Positions 1 through 9,043 of a stretch of DNA of 25,065 bases are shown here, in pieces. The notes below the pieces were generated by a model. The model searched no databases, was not told the origin of the DNA, and worked only from the letters and a program-made list of their open reading frames with translations. Each line of letters begins with the position of its first letter. Positions within the stretch are counted from its first letter, which is position 1. Both the position numbers and the translations under genes were made by a program. This stretch comes from Vitrella brassicaformis CCMP3155 (lineage: Eukaryota > Protista > Chromerida), in assembly GCA_001179505.1 (NCBI GenBank), contig CDMY01000745.1, positions 1 through 25,065 on the forward strand, given 5' to 3'.

Positions 1-859
1 GTTGAGCTGTTCATGCCACAGCGGGGGGCCATCAACAACCTCAAGCTAAGACCACTGGCCCAGGCGGCCCGCATTCCACCTCGTGTCGGCTGCATCGAGG
101 TTCGTGTTCGTGCGATCGGTCTGAATTTCCGTGACGTGTTGAACGTGATGGGATTGTATCCGGGCGACCCCGGTCCGCCGGGCGGCGACTGCTCGGGGAC
201 GGTGGTTGGCGTGGGCGAGGGCGTGAGTCATCTGTGTGTGGGAGATGACGTCTACGGCGTGCTACGTGACGACGGAGGCCAACCTGATGGCCATCAAGCC
301 CGCATCGATGACCTTCGAAGAGGCGGCCGCCCTGCCGGTCGTCTTTGTCACGGTCGAGGTGGCCTTCCGAGAGCTTGCCAAGGTCACCAAGGGAGACAAC
401 GTCCTCGTCCACGCGGCCAGCGGCGGCGTGGGGCTCGCGGCCATCCAGTACTGCAGGGCCGTCGGGGCCAATGTCTATGGCACGGCGGGCAGCCAGCACA
501 AACAGGACTCCCTACGACAGCAGGGCCTGCAGCTCGTCACGAGCTCGCGCGACGCCAACCAGTTCCAGGCCGACGTGAAGCAGACCAACAGCAAGGTCGA
601 CGTGGTGCTCAACTGCCTGATCGAGGACTTCATTCCCTTGTCGCTCGACGCGATGGCGCCCAAGGGCCGCTTCATGGAGCTGGGCAAGCGCGGCATCTGG
701 AACAAAGAGGAGGTGCTGGCCAGGCGGCCCGACTTGGCCATGTACGAGGCGATGGCCATCGACCAGATGATGGAGCAAGATCCCAAGTGGTTCGGCGGCA
801 TGCTCGACCGCCTCCGGGGCCTGGTCGATATTGGCAAGGTCAAGCCCATCCCTCTGCAC
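1..859 (+). CDS. Type I PKS/FAS enoylreductase (ER) domain, copy 1 (partial; frameshifted by a 20-nt deletion near 262)
   Basis: GLNFRDVL..GLYPG, LVHAASGGVGLAAIQ (NADPH-binding) and GRFMELGK motifs split over ORFs 13..1236 and 236..1258. Copy 2 has GCGCCCGGCTGCCTGCGGAC at this point, absent here. Confidence 0.92.
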
Positions 860-1159
860 NNNNNNNNNNNNNNNNNNNNNNNNNNNNNNNNNNNNNNNNN
901 NNNNNNNNNNNNNNNNNNNNNNNNNNNNNNNNNNNNNNNNNNNNNNNNNNNNNNNNNNNNNNNNNNNNNNNNNNNNNNNNNNNNNNNNNNNNNNNNNNNN
1001 NNNNNNNNNNNNNNNNNNNNNNNNNNNNNNNNNNNNNNNNNNNNNNNNNNNNNNNNNNNNNNNNNNNNNNNNNNNNNNNNNNNNNNNNNNNNNNNNNNNN
1101 NNNNNNNNNNNNNNNNNNNNNNNNNNNNNNNNNNNNNNNNNNNNNNNNNNNNNNNNNNN
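860..1159. other. Assembly gap (300 N)
   Basis: Run of N; same length as the other two gaps. Confidence 0.99.
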
Positions 1160-2430
1160 CCGATTGTATCCTGGCGACCCCGGTCCGCCGGGCGGCGACT
1201 GCTCGGGGACGGTGGTTGGCGTTGGGGAGGGCGTGAGTCACCTGAGTGTGGGCGATGACGTCTACGGCGTGGCGCCCGGCTGCCTGCGGACCTACGTGAC
1301 GACGGAGGCCAACCTGATGGCCATCAAGCCCGCATCGATGACCTTGGAAGAGGCGGCCCCCCTGCCGGTCGTCTTTGTGACGGTCGAGGTCGCCTTTGGA
1401 GAGCTTTGCCAAGGTCACCAAGGGAGACAACGTCCTCGTGCACGCGGCCAGCGGCGGCGTGGGGCTCGCGGCCATCCAGTACTGCAGGGCCGTCGGGGCC
1501 AATGTCTATGGCACGGCGGGCAGCCAGCACAAACAGGACTCCCTACGACAGCAGGGCCTGCAGCTCGTCACGAGCTCGCGCGACGCCAACCAGTTCCAGG
1601 CCGACGTGAAGCAGACCAACAGCAAGGTCGACGTGGTGCTCAACTGCCTGATCGAGGACTTCATTCCCTTGTCGCTCGACGCGATGGCGCCCAAGGGCCG
1701 CTTCATGGAGCTGGGCAAGCGCGGCATCTGGAACAAAGAGGAGGTGCTGGCCAGGCGGCCCGACTTGGCCATGTACGAGGCGATGGCCATCGACCAGATG
1801 ATGGAGCAAGATCCCAAGTGGTTCGGCGGCATGCTCGACCGCCTCCGGGGCCTGGTCGATGTTGGCAAGGTCAAGCCCATCCCTCTGCACACATTCGACA
1901 TGAGCAGCGCCGACCAAGTCACCGGCGGCATCGCGGCCTTCAGGTTCATGCAGAGGGCCCAGCACATCGGCAAGGTCGTCATGCAAATACCGTCCGCCAT
2001 CACGCCGCCCCACACAGGCGACACACAGCGCGACGAGGCGACACCGGCCGACCGCCAAGCTGACGGATGCTATGTCATCACCGGGGGGCTCGGCGGACTC
2101 GGAATGCTCGTCGCAGACTGGCTGGTGGATGAAGGCGCGAAACACATCGCTCTTGTGTCGAGGCGCGGCAGGCCGACCGATGCGGTGGCTGCCTCTGAGC
2201 TGTGGAAGAAGCTGACGGCACCCGAGCCTCAGGGCCGCTCCAAGGCGGCCATCCACTGCATGGCCGTGGACGTGTCCAGGAAGGACGAGTGCGAGAAGGC
2301 CTTTGCCGATCTGAATGAGCGACTGCCGAACAACCCAGTGAGGGGCATCTTCCACGCCGCTGGTGTGCCTGACGACGCTGCCCTCAGCAACCAGACCAAA
2401 GACAAGGTTGAGAAGGTCTACTTGCCGAAG
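1160..2430 (+). CDS. Type I PKS/FAS exon: ER copy 2 (+1 frameshift near 1406) and N-terminal part of ketoreductase (KR)
   Basis: ER motifs as in copy 1, ending QRAQHIGKVV; KR motifs YVITGGLGGLG and HAAGVPDD; exon ends YLPK at donor GTGAGT (2431). Confidence 0.93.
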
Positions 2431-2825
2431 GTGAGTGAGACCCCCAAGCTTGCTTCGACTCTCACTCATTCACTCATTCACTGAGTCAGTCAGTCAGCCA
2501 GTCAGCCAGTCAGCCAGTCAGTCACTTGGGTTGTGAGGCAGCCAGCCAGCCAGGCCGTGGCTGCTGCCCTCGCCCTTCCTCTCACTCACTCGCATCGCCA
2601 GTCACTCACACACTTTATCACTCTTTGCTTGCGCCATTCAGTCAGTCAGTCAGTCAGGCACTCACAATTCCGTCGCTCTCTCACTCAGTCCCAGCGAGCC
2701 AGCCAGCCAGTCAGTCGAGCACTCAGTTAGGAGACCCCCAACCGGAAGAATGAATGTATCGTTCCCCTAACGAGCATTGTTTGTTACTCATCCATCCATC
2801 GCTTCTGCCTCGTGTGTGTGTGCAG
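2431..2825 (+). other. Spliceosomal intron in KR with (CAGT/CAGC)n microsatellite
   Basis: GTGAGT...TGTGTGCAG; removal joins YLPK to VMGAWYLHEL, restoring the KR PKV.GAW.LH motif. Confidence 0.92.
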
Positions 2826-3587
2826 GTGATGGGCGCGTGGTACCTCCACGAGCTGTCGCTCGACGAGGACACCCCTCTCGACCACTTCATGATGTTCTCT
2901 TCCGTCGCCTCACTACTCGGCAACTTTGGTCAGGCCAACTACTCGTCGGCCAACTCCTGCCTGGACGCCCTCACCGAGTACCGCCGATCCAAGAAGCTCG
3001 CGGCGCAGAGCATTCAGTGGGGCCCGTGGATCCAGCAGGGCATGGCGGTCGAACTCAAGCAGCACCTCGACAAGGCGGGAATGCGCGGCATAACCAACGA
3101 TCTTGGTCTTCGCGTCCTCGGCGACGTCATGCGGCACTCTGAGAGCGTCGGGGTGACGTGCTGTCAGGTCTTCAAGTGGGACATCTTCCTGTCGAGGTAC
3201 GATGTCATCCCGCCCTTCTTCGAGACAGTGCGGTCAGCTGCCACGCGGGGCGCGGCGGCAGGCGTGTCGGTTAAGCTGCGCAGCATGGATGCAGCGGCCC
3301 TCAAGGAGTACATCCACACGACAGTCGTGGATGAAGCTGCAACGGTTCTCGGCATGACGGAAGCGCCGCCTCTGGATTCCCCTCTGCAGGAACTGGGCAT
3401 CGACTCACTCGGCGCCGTCGAATTCCGCAACGCCCTGTCCTCCAAGATCGGCGTCAAGCTGCCCGCCACCACGCTCTTCGACTACCCGACGCTCAACGCC
3501 ATCATTGACTTCATCTACAGTGAGGTCTCCGGGGGGGCGGAGGAGGCGGCCGCTGTGGACGAGTGGGGTGGGCCGTTGCCTGAGGCC
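2826..3587 (+). CDS. PKS KR C-terminal part and ACP, module copy A
   Basis: FSSVASLLGNFGQANYSSAN (catalytic Tyr), SIQWGPW, ACP LGIDSLGAVEFRN with phosphopantetheine Ser, LFDYPT. Confidence 0.94.
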
Positions 3588-3887
3588 NNNNNNNNNNNNN
3601 NNNNNNNNNNNNNNNNNNNNNNNNNNNNNNNNNNNNNNNNNNNNNNNNNNNNNNNNNNNNNNNNNNNNNNNNNNNNNNNNNNNNNNNNNNNNNNNNNNNN
3701 NNNNNNNNNNNNNNNNNNNNNNNNNNNNNNNNNNNNNNNNNNNNNNNNNNNNNNNNNNNNNNNNNNNNNNNNNNNNNNNNNNNNNNNNNNNNNNNNNNNN
3801 NNNNNNNNNNNNNNNNNNNNNNNNNNNNNNNNNNNNNNNNNNNNNNNNNNNNNNNNNNNNNNNNNNNNNNNNNNNNNNNNNNNNNNN
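3588..3887. other. Assembly gap (300 N)
   Basis: Run of N. Confidence 0.99.
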
Positions 3888-3986
3888 CCAGTCATCCACC
3901 CAGTCAGCAGACTGGAAGAATGAATGCATCGTCCCTCACGAACATTGTTCTCATCCATCACTTCCGTCTCGTGTGTGTGTATGCAG

Positions 3987-5717
3987 GTGATGGGTGCCTG
4001 GTACCTCCACGAGCTGTCCCTCGACAAGGAGACCCCTCTCGACCACTTCATGATGTTCTCTTCCGTCGCCTCACTACTCGGCAACTTTGGTAAGGCCAAC
4101 TACTCGTCGGCCAACTCCTGCCTGGACGCCCTCACCGAGTACCGCCGATCCAAGAAGCTCGCGGCGCAGAGCATTCAGTGGGGCCCGTGGACCCAGCAGG
4201 GCATGGCGGTCGAAGTCAAGCAGCACCTCGACAAGGCGGGAATGCGCGGCATAACCAACGATCTTGGTCTTCGCGTCCTCGGCGACGTCATGCGGCACTC
4301 TGAGAGCGTCGGGGTGACGTGCTGTCAGGTCTTCAAGTGGGACATCTTCCTGTCGAGGTACGATGTCATCCCGCCCTTCTTCGAGACAGTGCGGTCAGCT
4401 GCCACGCGGGGCGCGGCGGCAGGCGTGTCGGTTAAGCTGCGCAGCATGGATGCAGCGGCCCTCAAGGAGCACATCCACACGGCAGTCGTGGATGAAGCTG
4501 CAACGGTTCTCGGCATGACGGAAGCGCCGCCTCTGGATTCCCCTCTGCAGGAACTGGGCATCGACTCACTCGGCGCCGTCGAATTCCGCAACGCCCTGTC
4601 CTCCAAGATCGGCGTCAAGCTGCCCGCCACCACGCTCTTCGACTACCCGACGCTCAACGCCATCATTGACTTCATCTACAGTGAGGTCTCCGGGGGGGCG
4701 GACGAGGCGGCCGCTGTGGACGAGTGGGGTGTCCCGGTACCTGTGGCCATGTCTGAGAGCCTGGCTGTGGTGAGCGTGTCGTGCCGCCTGCCCGGCGGGG
4801 TGACAACCCCCTCATCCTTCTGGTCGATGCTCATGGACAAGACCGACTGTGTCGACGAGGTGCCGCTGACCCGCTGGAACGTTGACGAGGTCTACGACGC
4901 CGACCCCGATGCCAAGGGCAAGTGCTACACGCGAAAGGCGGCCTTCATGGAGGCGGCCGACATGTTCGACAACGCCTTCTTCAACATCGGCCCCGCTGAG
5001 GTCAACTGCATGGACCCCCAGCAGCGGCTGATGCTTGAAGTGGGCTACGAGGCCTTCCACAGCGCGGGCCTCAGCCGCGAGAAGCTCATTGGCCAGGACA
5101 TGGCCGTGCTCATCGGGTGCTGCAGCCAGGACTGGAACTTCATTGACTCGACGGACAAGAGCAGCAGCTACGCTGGCACGGGAGGTGCCGTCAGCATCGT
5201 CTCCAACCGCATCTCGTACGTGTTCGGTCTCAAGGGCCCCTCCATGACCATCGACACGGCATGCTCATCTTCATTGGTGGCCATGGACGTGGCGGTCAAG
5301 GACATGCGCATGGGGGTGTGCCGCGGTGCCCTGGTGGGAGGCGTCAACCTGATGCTCTCGCCCCACCCGTTCATTGCGCTCTGCAAGGCGCGCATGCTCT
5401 CGCCGGATTGCAAGTGCCAGACGTTTGACGCCAAGGCCAACGGCTACGTGAGGGGCGAGGGTGCGTGTGCCGTGGTGCTGCGGCGCGCGAGTGATGTGGA
5501 GGCGATGAAGCTGCGGCGGCTCGCTACTGTGCTTGGCTCGTCGGTCAACCACGATGGCCGAAGTGCCAGTCTGACGGCACCCAGCGGTCCCGCGCAGCAG
5601 GAGGCCATCAAGGAAGCGCTCAAGCAGGCCGGCGTGAAGCCATCGGCCGTCTCGTACATTGAGACCCACGGCACGGGCACATCCCTCGGCGACCCAATAG
5701 AGTTTGGAGCCCTTCAG
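3987..5717 (+). CDS. PKS KR C-terminal part and ACP (copy B) followed by ketosynthase (KS)
   Basis: Acceptor ATGCAG ends 3986; KR/ACP nearly identical to copy A; KS motifs CRLPGG, MDPQQRLMLE, DTACSSS (Cys), NGYVRGEG, HGTGT (His); donor GTAAGG at 5718. Confidence 0.96.
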
Positions 5718-5868
5718 GTAAGGTACCGTACCACGTGACCGTGTACTTGCAATGCAATTCAATGCAATGCATGTACTGTATGCATGACTGACTGTACTGA
5801 CTGTATGTTTCCATGATTTGTCCTTCGATGCGATGCGATGCGATGCGATGCTATGCTATGCGATGCAG
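5718..5868 (+). other. Intron in KS with (CGATG)n microsatellite
   Basis: GTAAGG...ATGCAG; phase-0 join EFGALQ|GVLG. Confidence 0.9.
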
Positions 5869-6433
5869 GGTGTGTTGGGTCCGGGTCGCAGTGACGGCAA
5901 CCCTCTTGTGCTGGGCGCTCTCAAGACCAACATCGGGCATCTGGAGGGAGCCGCGGGCATAGCGGGTCTCGCGAAGCTCATCATGACGCTCCTGCACGGC
6001 TGCGCGGCGCCCAACCTGTACTTGACTCAGCTGAACCCCTACCTTGACATCGAGGGCTTCCCGGTGGTCTTCCCCACCGAGCCCGTGCCGCTCGTCTCTG
6101 GCCTGCCCGCCAAGGAACGCATGGTCGGCGGCGTCAGCTCCTTCGGGTTCGGCGGCGCCAATGCTCACGTCCTCGTGGAGGCCAAGGCGCTCAGTGCCGC
6201 GCAGATCGATGAGATGCTCAAAAAGGACAGTGGGTCGGCGGCGCTGCAGAACAAGATCGGGTTCATGTTCACCGGGCAGGGCTCCCAGTACGTCGACATG
6301 GGGCGCAAGCTCTATGACAACGAGAAGGTGTTCCGGGAGTGCATCGACGAGTGCGCGACCATCTTGGATCCGCTGCTGCCCGTGCCACTTACAGGCATCC
6401 TCTACCCCAAGACCGACCAGGCCAAGACCAAAA
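5869..6433 (+). CDS. PKS KS C-terminus, linker and start of cis-acyltransferase (AT)
   Basis: KTNIGHLEGAAG (second His), SSFGFGGANAH, then FMFTGQGSQYVDMG; truncated by gap. Confidence 0.95.
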
Positions 6434-6733
6434 NNNNNNNNNNNNNNNNNNNNNNNNNNNNNNNNNNNNNNNNNNNNNNNNNNNNNNNNNNNNNNNNNNN
6501 NNNNNNNNNNNNNNNNNNNNNNNNNNNNNNNNNNNNNNNNNNNNNNNNNNNNNNNNNNNNNNNNNNNNNNNNNNNNNNNNNNNNNNNNNNNNNNNNNNNN
6601 NNNNNNNNNNNNNNNNNNNNNNNNNNNNNNNNNNNNNNNNNNNNNNNNNNNNNNNNNNNNNNNNNNNNNNNNNNNNNNNNNNNNNNNNNNNNNNNNNNNN
6701 NNNNNNNNNNNNNNNNNNNNNNNNNNNNNNNNN
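6434..6733. other. Assembly gap (300 N)
   Basis: Run of N separating the PKS AT from an unrelated gene. Confidence 0.99.
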
Positions 6734-6782
6734 GGGGTTGAGTGGGCAAGAGCGAGAGGTTGATGTGTTGTGATTGCTTCAG

Positions 6783-7177
6783 GCGAGAATCCCGCCTTGT
6801 TGCAGAGCTGCTACACGACATCCCTGAACATACTCAAGGTCACACACACACGCGCGCACACACGTGTGGGGCACAGTTTGGTGTTCTTCGGTGCCATTCC
6901 ATCGTTACATGAATGGTGTCTGGCTATGCTCAGGAGAATGATCTTCGGAGCATAGCTTTTTCCTGCATCAGCACTGGGATCTTCGAATACCCCAATGCTC
7001 GGGCAGCCAAGGTCAGCCCGATGCATAAGAGATGTGAATATGTGTGTGCCTTGCCGTGCTTTAAAGGTTGCCCTCGGTACGGTGCGTGACTGGCTGAGTG
7101 ATCCCGATAACTTTGCGAGCGTCGATCGCGTGGTGTTCTGCACCTCCTTTGCCAAAGACAAGGACATATAGGAGAGG
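6783..7177 (+). pseudogene. MacroD-type macrodomain (ADP-ribose binding/hydrolase), C-terminal half, 3 exons, in-frame TAG at 7169-7171
   Basis: Exons 6783-6838, 6934-7011, 7067-7177 splice to GENPALLQSCYTTSLNILK-ENDLRSIAFSCISTGIFEYPNARAAK-VALGTVRDWL...VDRVVFCTSFAKDKDI*ER, matching the MacroD pattern CY..SL...L.S.AF.CISTG.(F/Y)GYP..AA...L.T.R.WL...VDR..C...KD..IY. N-terminus lies in the gap. Confidence 0.85.
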
Positions 7178-7317
7178 GTGGTTGCCCAATCAAACAACAC
7201 ACACACACACACGGACCCATATACACACACACACCCCTCCACAGACCCACATACTCGGCTGTCTGCCTAAAGGTGCAAACACGTATCTCCTCTGTCTGTG
7301 TCTGGGTGCCGTGTCAG

Positions 7318-8482
7318 ATTATGGATGCTGTGTTACGTGGTGAGGAGGAGGGCGAAGGCGGTGCAGCTGAGGAATACGAACCGGCAGACGACATCGAAGA
7401 GGACACATCTCCGGTGACCTCTCAGAAAGCCCCCTCGTCAACAATAACCGCAGCGATAGGAAGCCTGTTGATGTCCATTGGGTCCGAGACGAAGCAGGCG
7501 ACGTCTCAGAAAGCCCCCTTGCCAACAACGACCGCAGCGAAAGGAAGCCCATCAATGTCCATTGGGTCCCAGATGAAGCTTGCGCGGTGCTTCAATAAAG
7601 CGTATTCCTCGGTGTGCGGGAAATTATCATATGCGGCTTGGCCCTTGATTCCCAACCGCTTCAGCTTGGGAGACTTTGGCATCTTCAAAAATGGCATCTT
7701 CCACAGCAAGGGCAATATCTTGGACTTGCAACCACCGCCTTGGGACCCGAACGATAAATGCCGCGGTCCAGCATCCTGTGTGGATGTATCCTGTGGCAAG
7801 ATCAAGACTGTCAAGATGGAAGGCAAGGTAGAAGTCGAGACCCTTCCAGCGACGGGGGACGTCAGTGTTGCCTTCGAGTTTCTCTCGGAGAACACCGCGG
7901 TCTTAAGGGCATTCGTGGAGAGGGAACAGATTAGCAACACTGATAAGGTCTTATCGCGACTTGTCCTGCATCCATCTTGGAAGAGGGGTTACAAGGTGGT
8001 GACAGCCGTTGACATTGGCAAGCAGTGTGTAGCTCTTGCTGCCGAGAAGAAGTTCGCCAAGGTGGAATTCAGGGGTGAAGCTAGTATACTCAAGCAACTC
8101 GAGACCCCGTGGAGCGCCAAGGTGATACAGATATGTACACACCCACGCACATGGAAAGAGAGGGCACGAAATGCAGAGAGGTCAGACAGACAGAGTGCGC
8201 GAATGAGAGAGCATACAGATGAGAATGGCATTCATGGAGTGGCATACGTTTGTTTGCCCTCCGCTCAGGACCAACAGGGCGACCAGCAGCAGCAAATACA
8301 ACCATTCACAGTGGAGAGTCGGGGAGGGGCCATGGTTCATCTCGTTGGGGCAGAAGGCGTGATAGGGCTTGAGCTGTTGGGATGGGAAGATGTTACTGTG
8401 GAGGATCCAAGAGGAATCTTCCGGGGAATCTTCCGTCACAAGAGGCCTCTGCCTGGTCAAGTCTTCATCACCACACTCACTG
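7318..8482 (+). CDS. Acidic linker plus gasdermin-like pore-forming domain (domain about 7573-8400; in-frame 147-nt intron 8122-8268)
   Basis: Acceptor GTGTCAG ends 7317. Motif order YAAWP...LGDFG.FKNG.F...GNI; FEF.SEN...L.A; I.N.DKVL..L; W...YKVVTAV; AAEK..AKVEF.GEA; GVIGLEL parallels the strand order I recognise in bacterial gasdermins. Recognition by eye, no search run. Confidence 0.62.
7416..7583 (+). repeat. 84-bp in-frame tandem duplication in the linker
   Basis: CTCAGAAAGCC at 7421 and 7505; protein TSQKAP..T.TAA.GS..MSIGS..K twice. Confidence 0.9.
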
Positions 8483-8786
8483 GTGAGTCAGTGAGAGAGT
8501 GAGATATGGTACAGACAGACCAAGTCATTTGACGCCCATGATTGTGCTCGTTTTCTGCTGATAATTGGTCTGTACTTATAGGCGACGTGGTGATGACATT
8601 GGATGTGTCAGCCCCTCCTACACGACCGAAAGAGTGAAGGCCGACGTGCACAACCAGCTGAGTATCCCTCCTGAGGTCCAGTGCTTAGTCTTTGCCCACC
8701 GTGAGCTCGAAGACGGCCACACTTTAGCAGACTACAACGTCCGGAGCAACGACACGATCAAGCTCAGCATCCGTCTGCGAGGCGGA
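8458..8786 (+). CDS. Ubiquitin-like domain with intact C-terminal RLRGG; intron 8483-8581; 2-nt frameshift at 8605-8608
   Basis: QVFITTLTG|DVVMTLDV(S)PSYTTERVKADV...IPPEVQCLVFAHRELEDGHTLADYNV...IRLRGG aligns with ubiquitin end to end; removing one GT from GATGTGTC restores the frame. Confidence 0.9.
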
Positions 8787-8867
8787 GGCTCGCTGCCATT
8801 ATCTGACTTCTCGGAGGAAGACGGGGAACCATTGAGAGCTCCGATTCCCCCGCGGCAGGACACAGGA

Positions 8868-8934
8868 CAGAGGCCGAAAGGACGCCCATTGATATCCAGT
8901 GGGTCCCAGATGAAGCTAGCGCGGTGCCTGAATA
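8868..8934 (+). repeat. Truncated second copy of linker end and gasdermin-like N-terminus
   Basis: KGRPLISSGSQMKLARC matches KGSPSMSIGSQMKLARC at 7537-7590; nucleotide similarity stops at AATA 8934. Confidence 0.88.
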
Positions 8935-9043
8935 TGCTAGAGACAGCCACAAGACACAAAATGGGGAGAGAAACTGATGCTCCCCACGGCACTCCATCCA
9001 TTCATGAATGTGTGTCTTTTCCTCTCTCTGTTGGCCGTTGTAG

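Noticed and set aside
41-5762. Minus-strand and alternative-frame ORFs over the PKS
   Set aside because: Shadows of GC-rich coding sequence; several are lengthened by N runs translated as X.
7169-7171. TAG as evidence of a variant genetic code
   Set aside because: Single instance, aligned with Tyr rather than Gln, one base from TAC/TAT, and the same gene has an independent frameshift.
8122-8268. Segment VIQICTHPRTW...CLPSAQ as part of the gasdermin-like protein
   Set aside because: Bounded by GT...CAG with intron-like composition; treated as an in-frame 147-nt intron.
8487-8611. Alternative splice (donor 8487, acceptor 8611) that would bypass the ubiquitin frameshift
   Set aside because: Restores frame but deletes the second beta-strand of the ubiquitin fold and skips a better GTGAGT donor; not excluded without RNA data.
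1-8786. Functional clustering of the PKS with the macro-gasdermin-Ub gene
   Set aside because: They are separated by a gap of unknown true size that must hide the rest of the PKS; adjacency may be a scaffolding effect.
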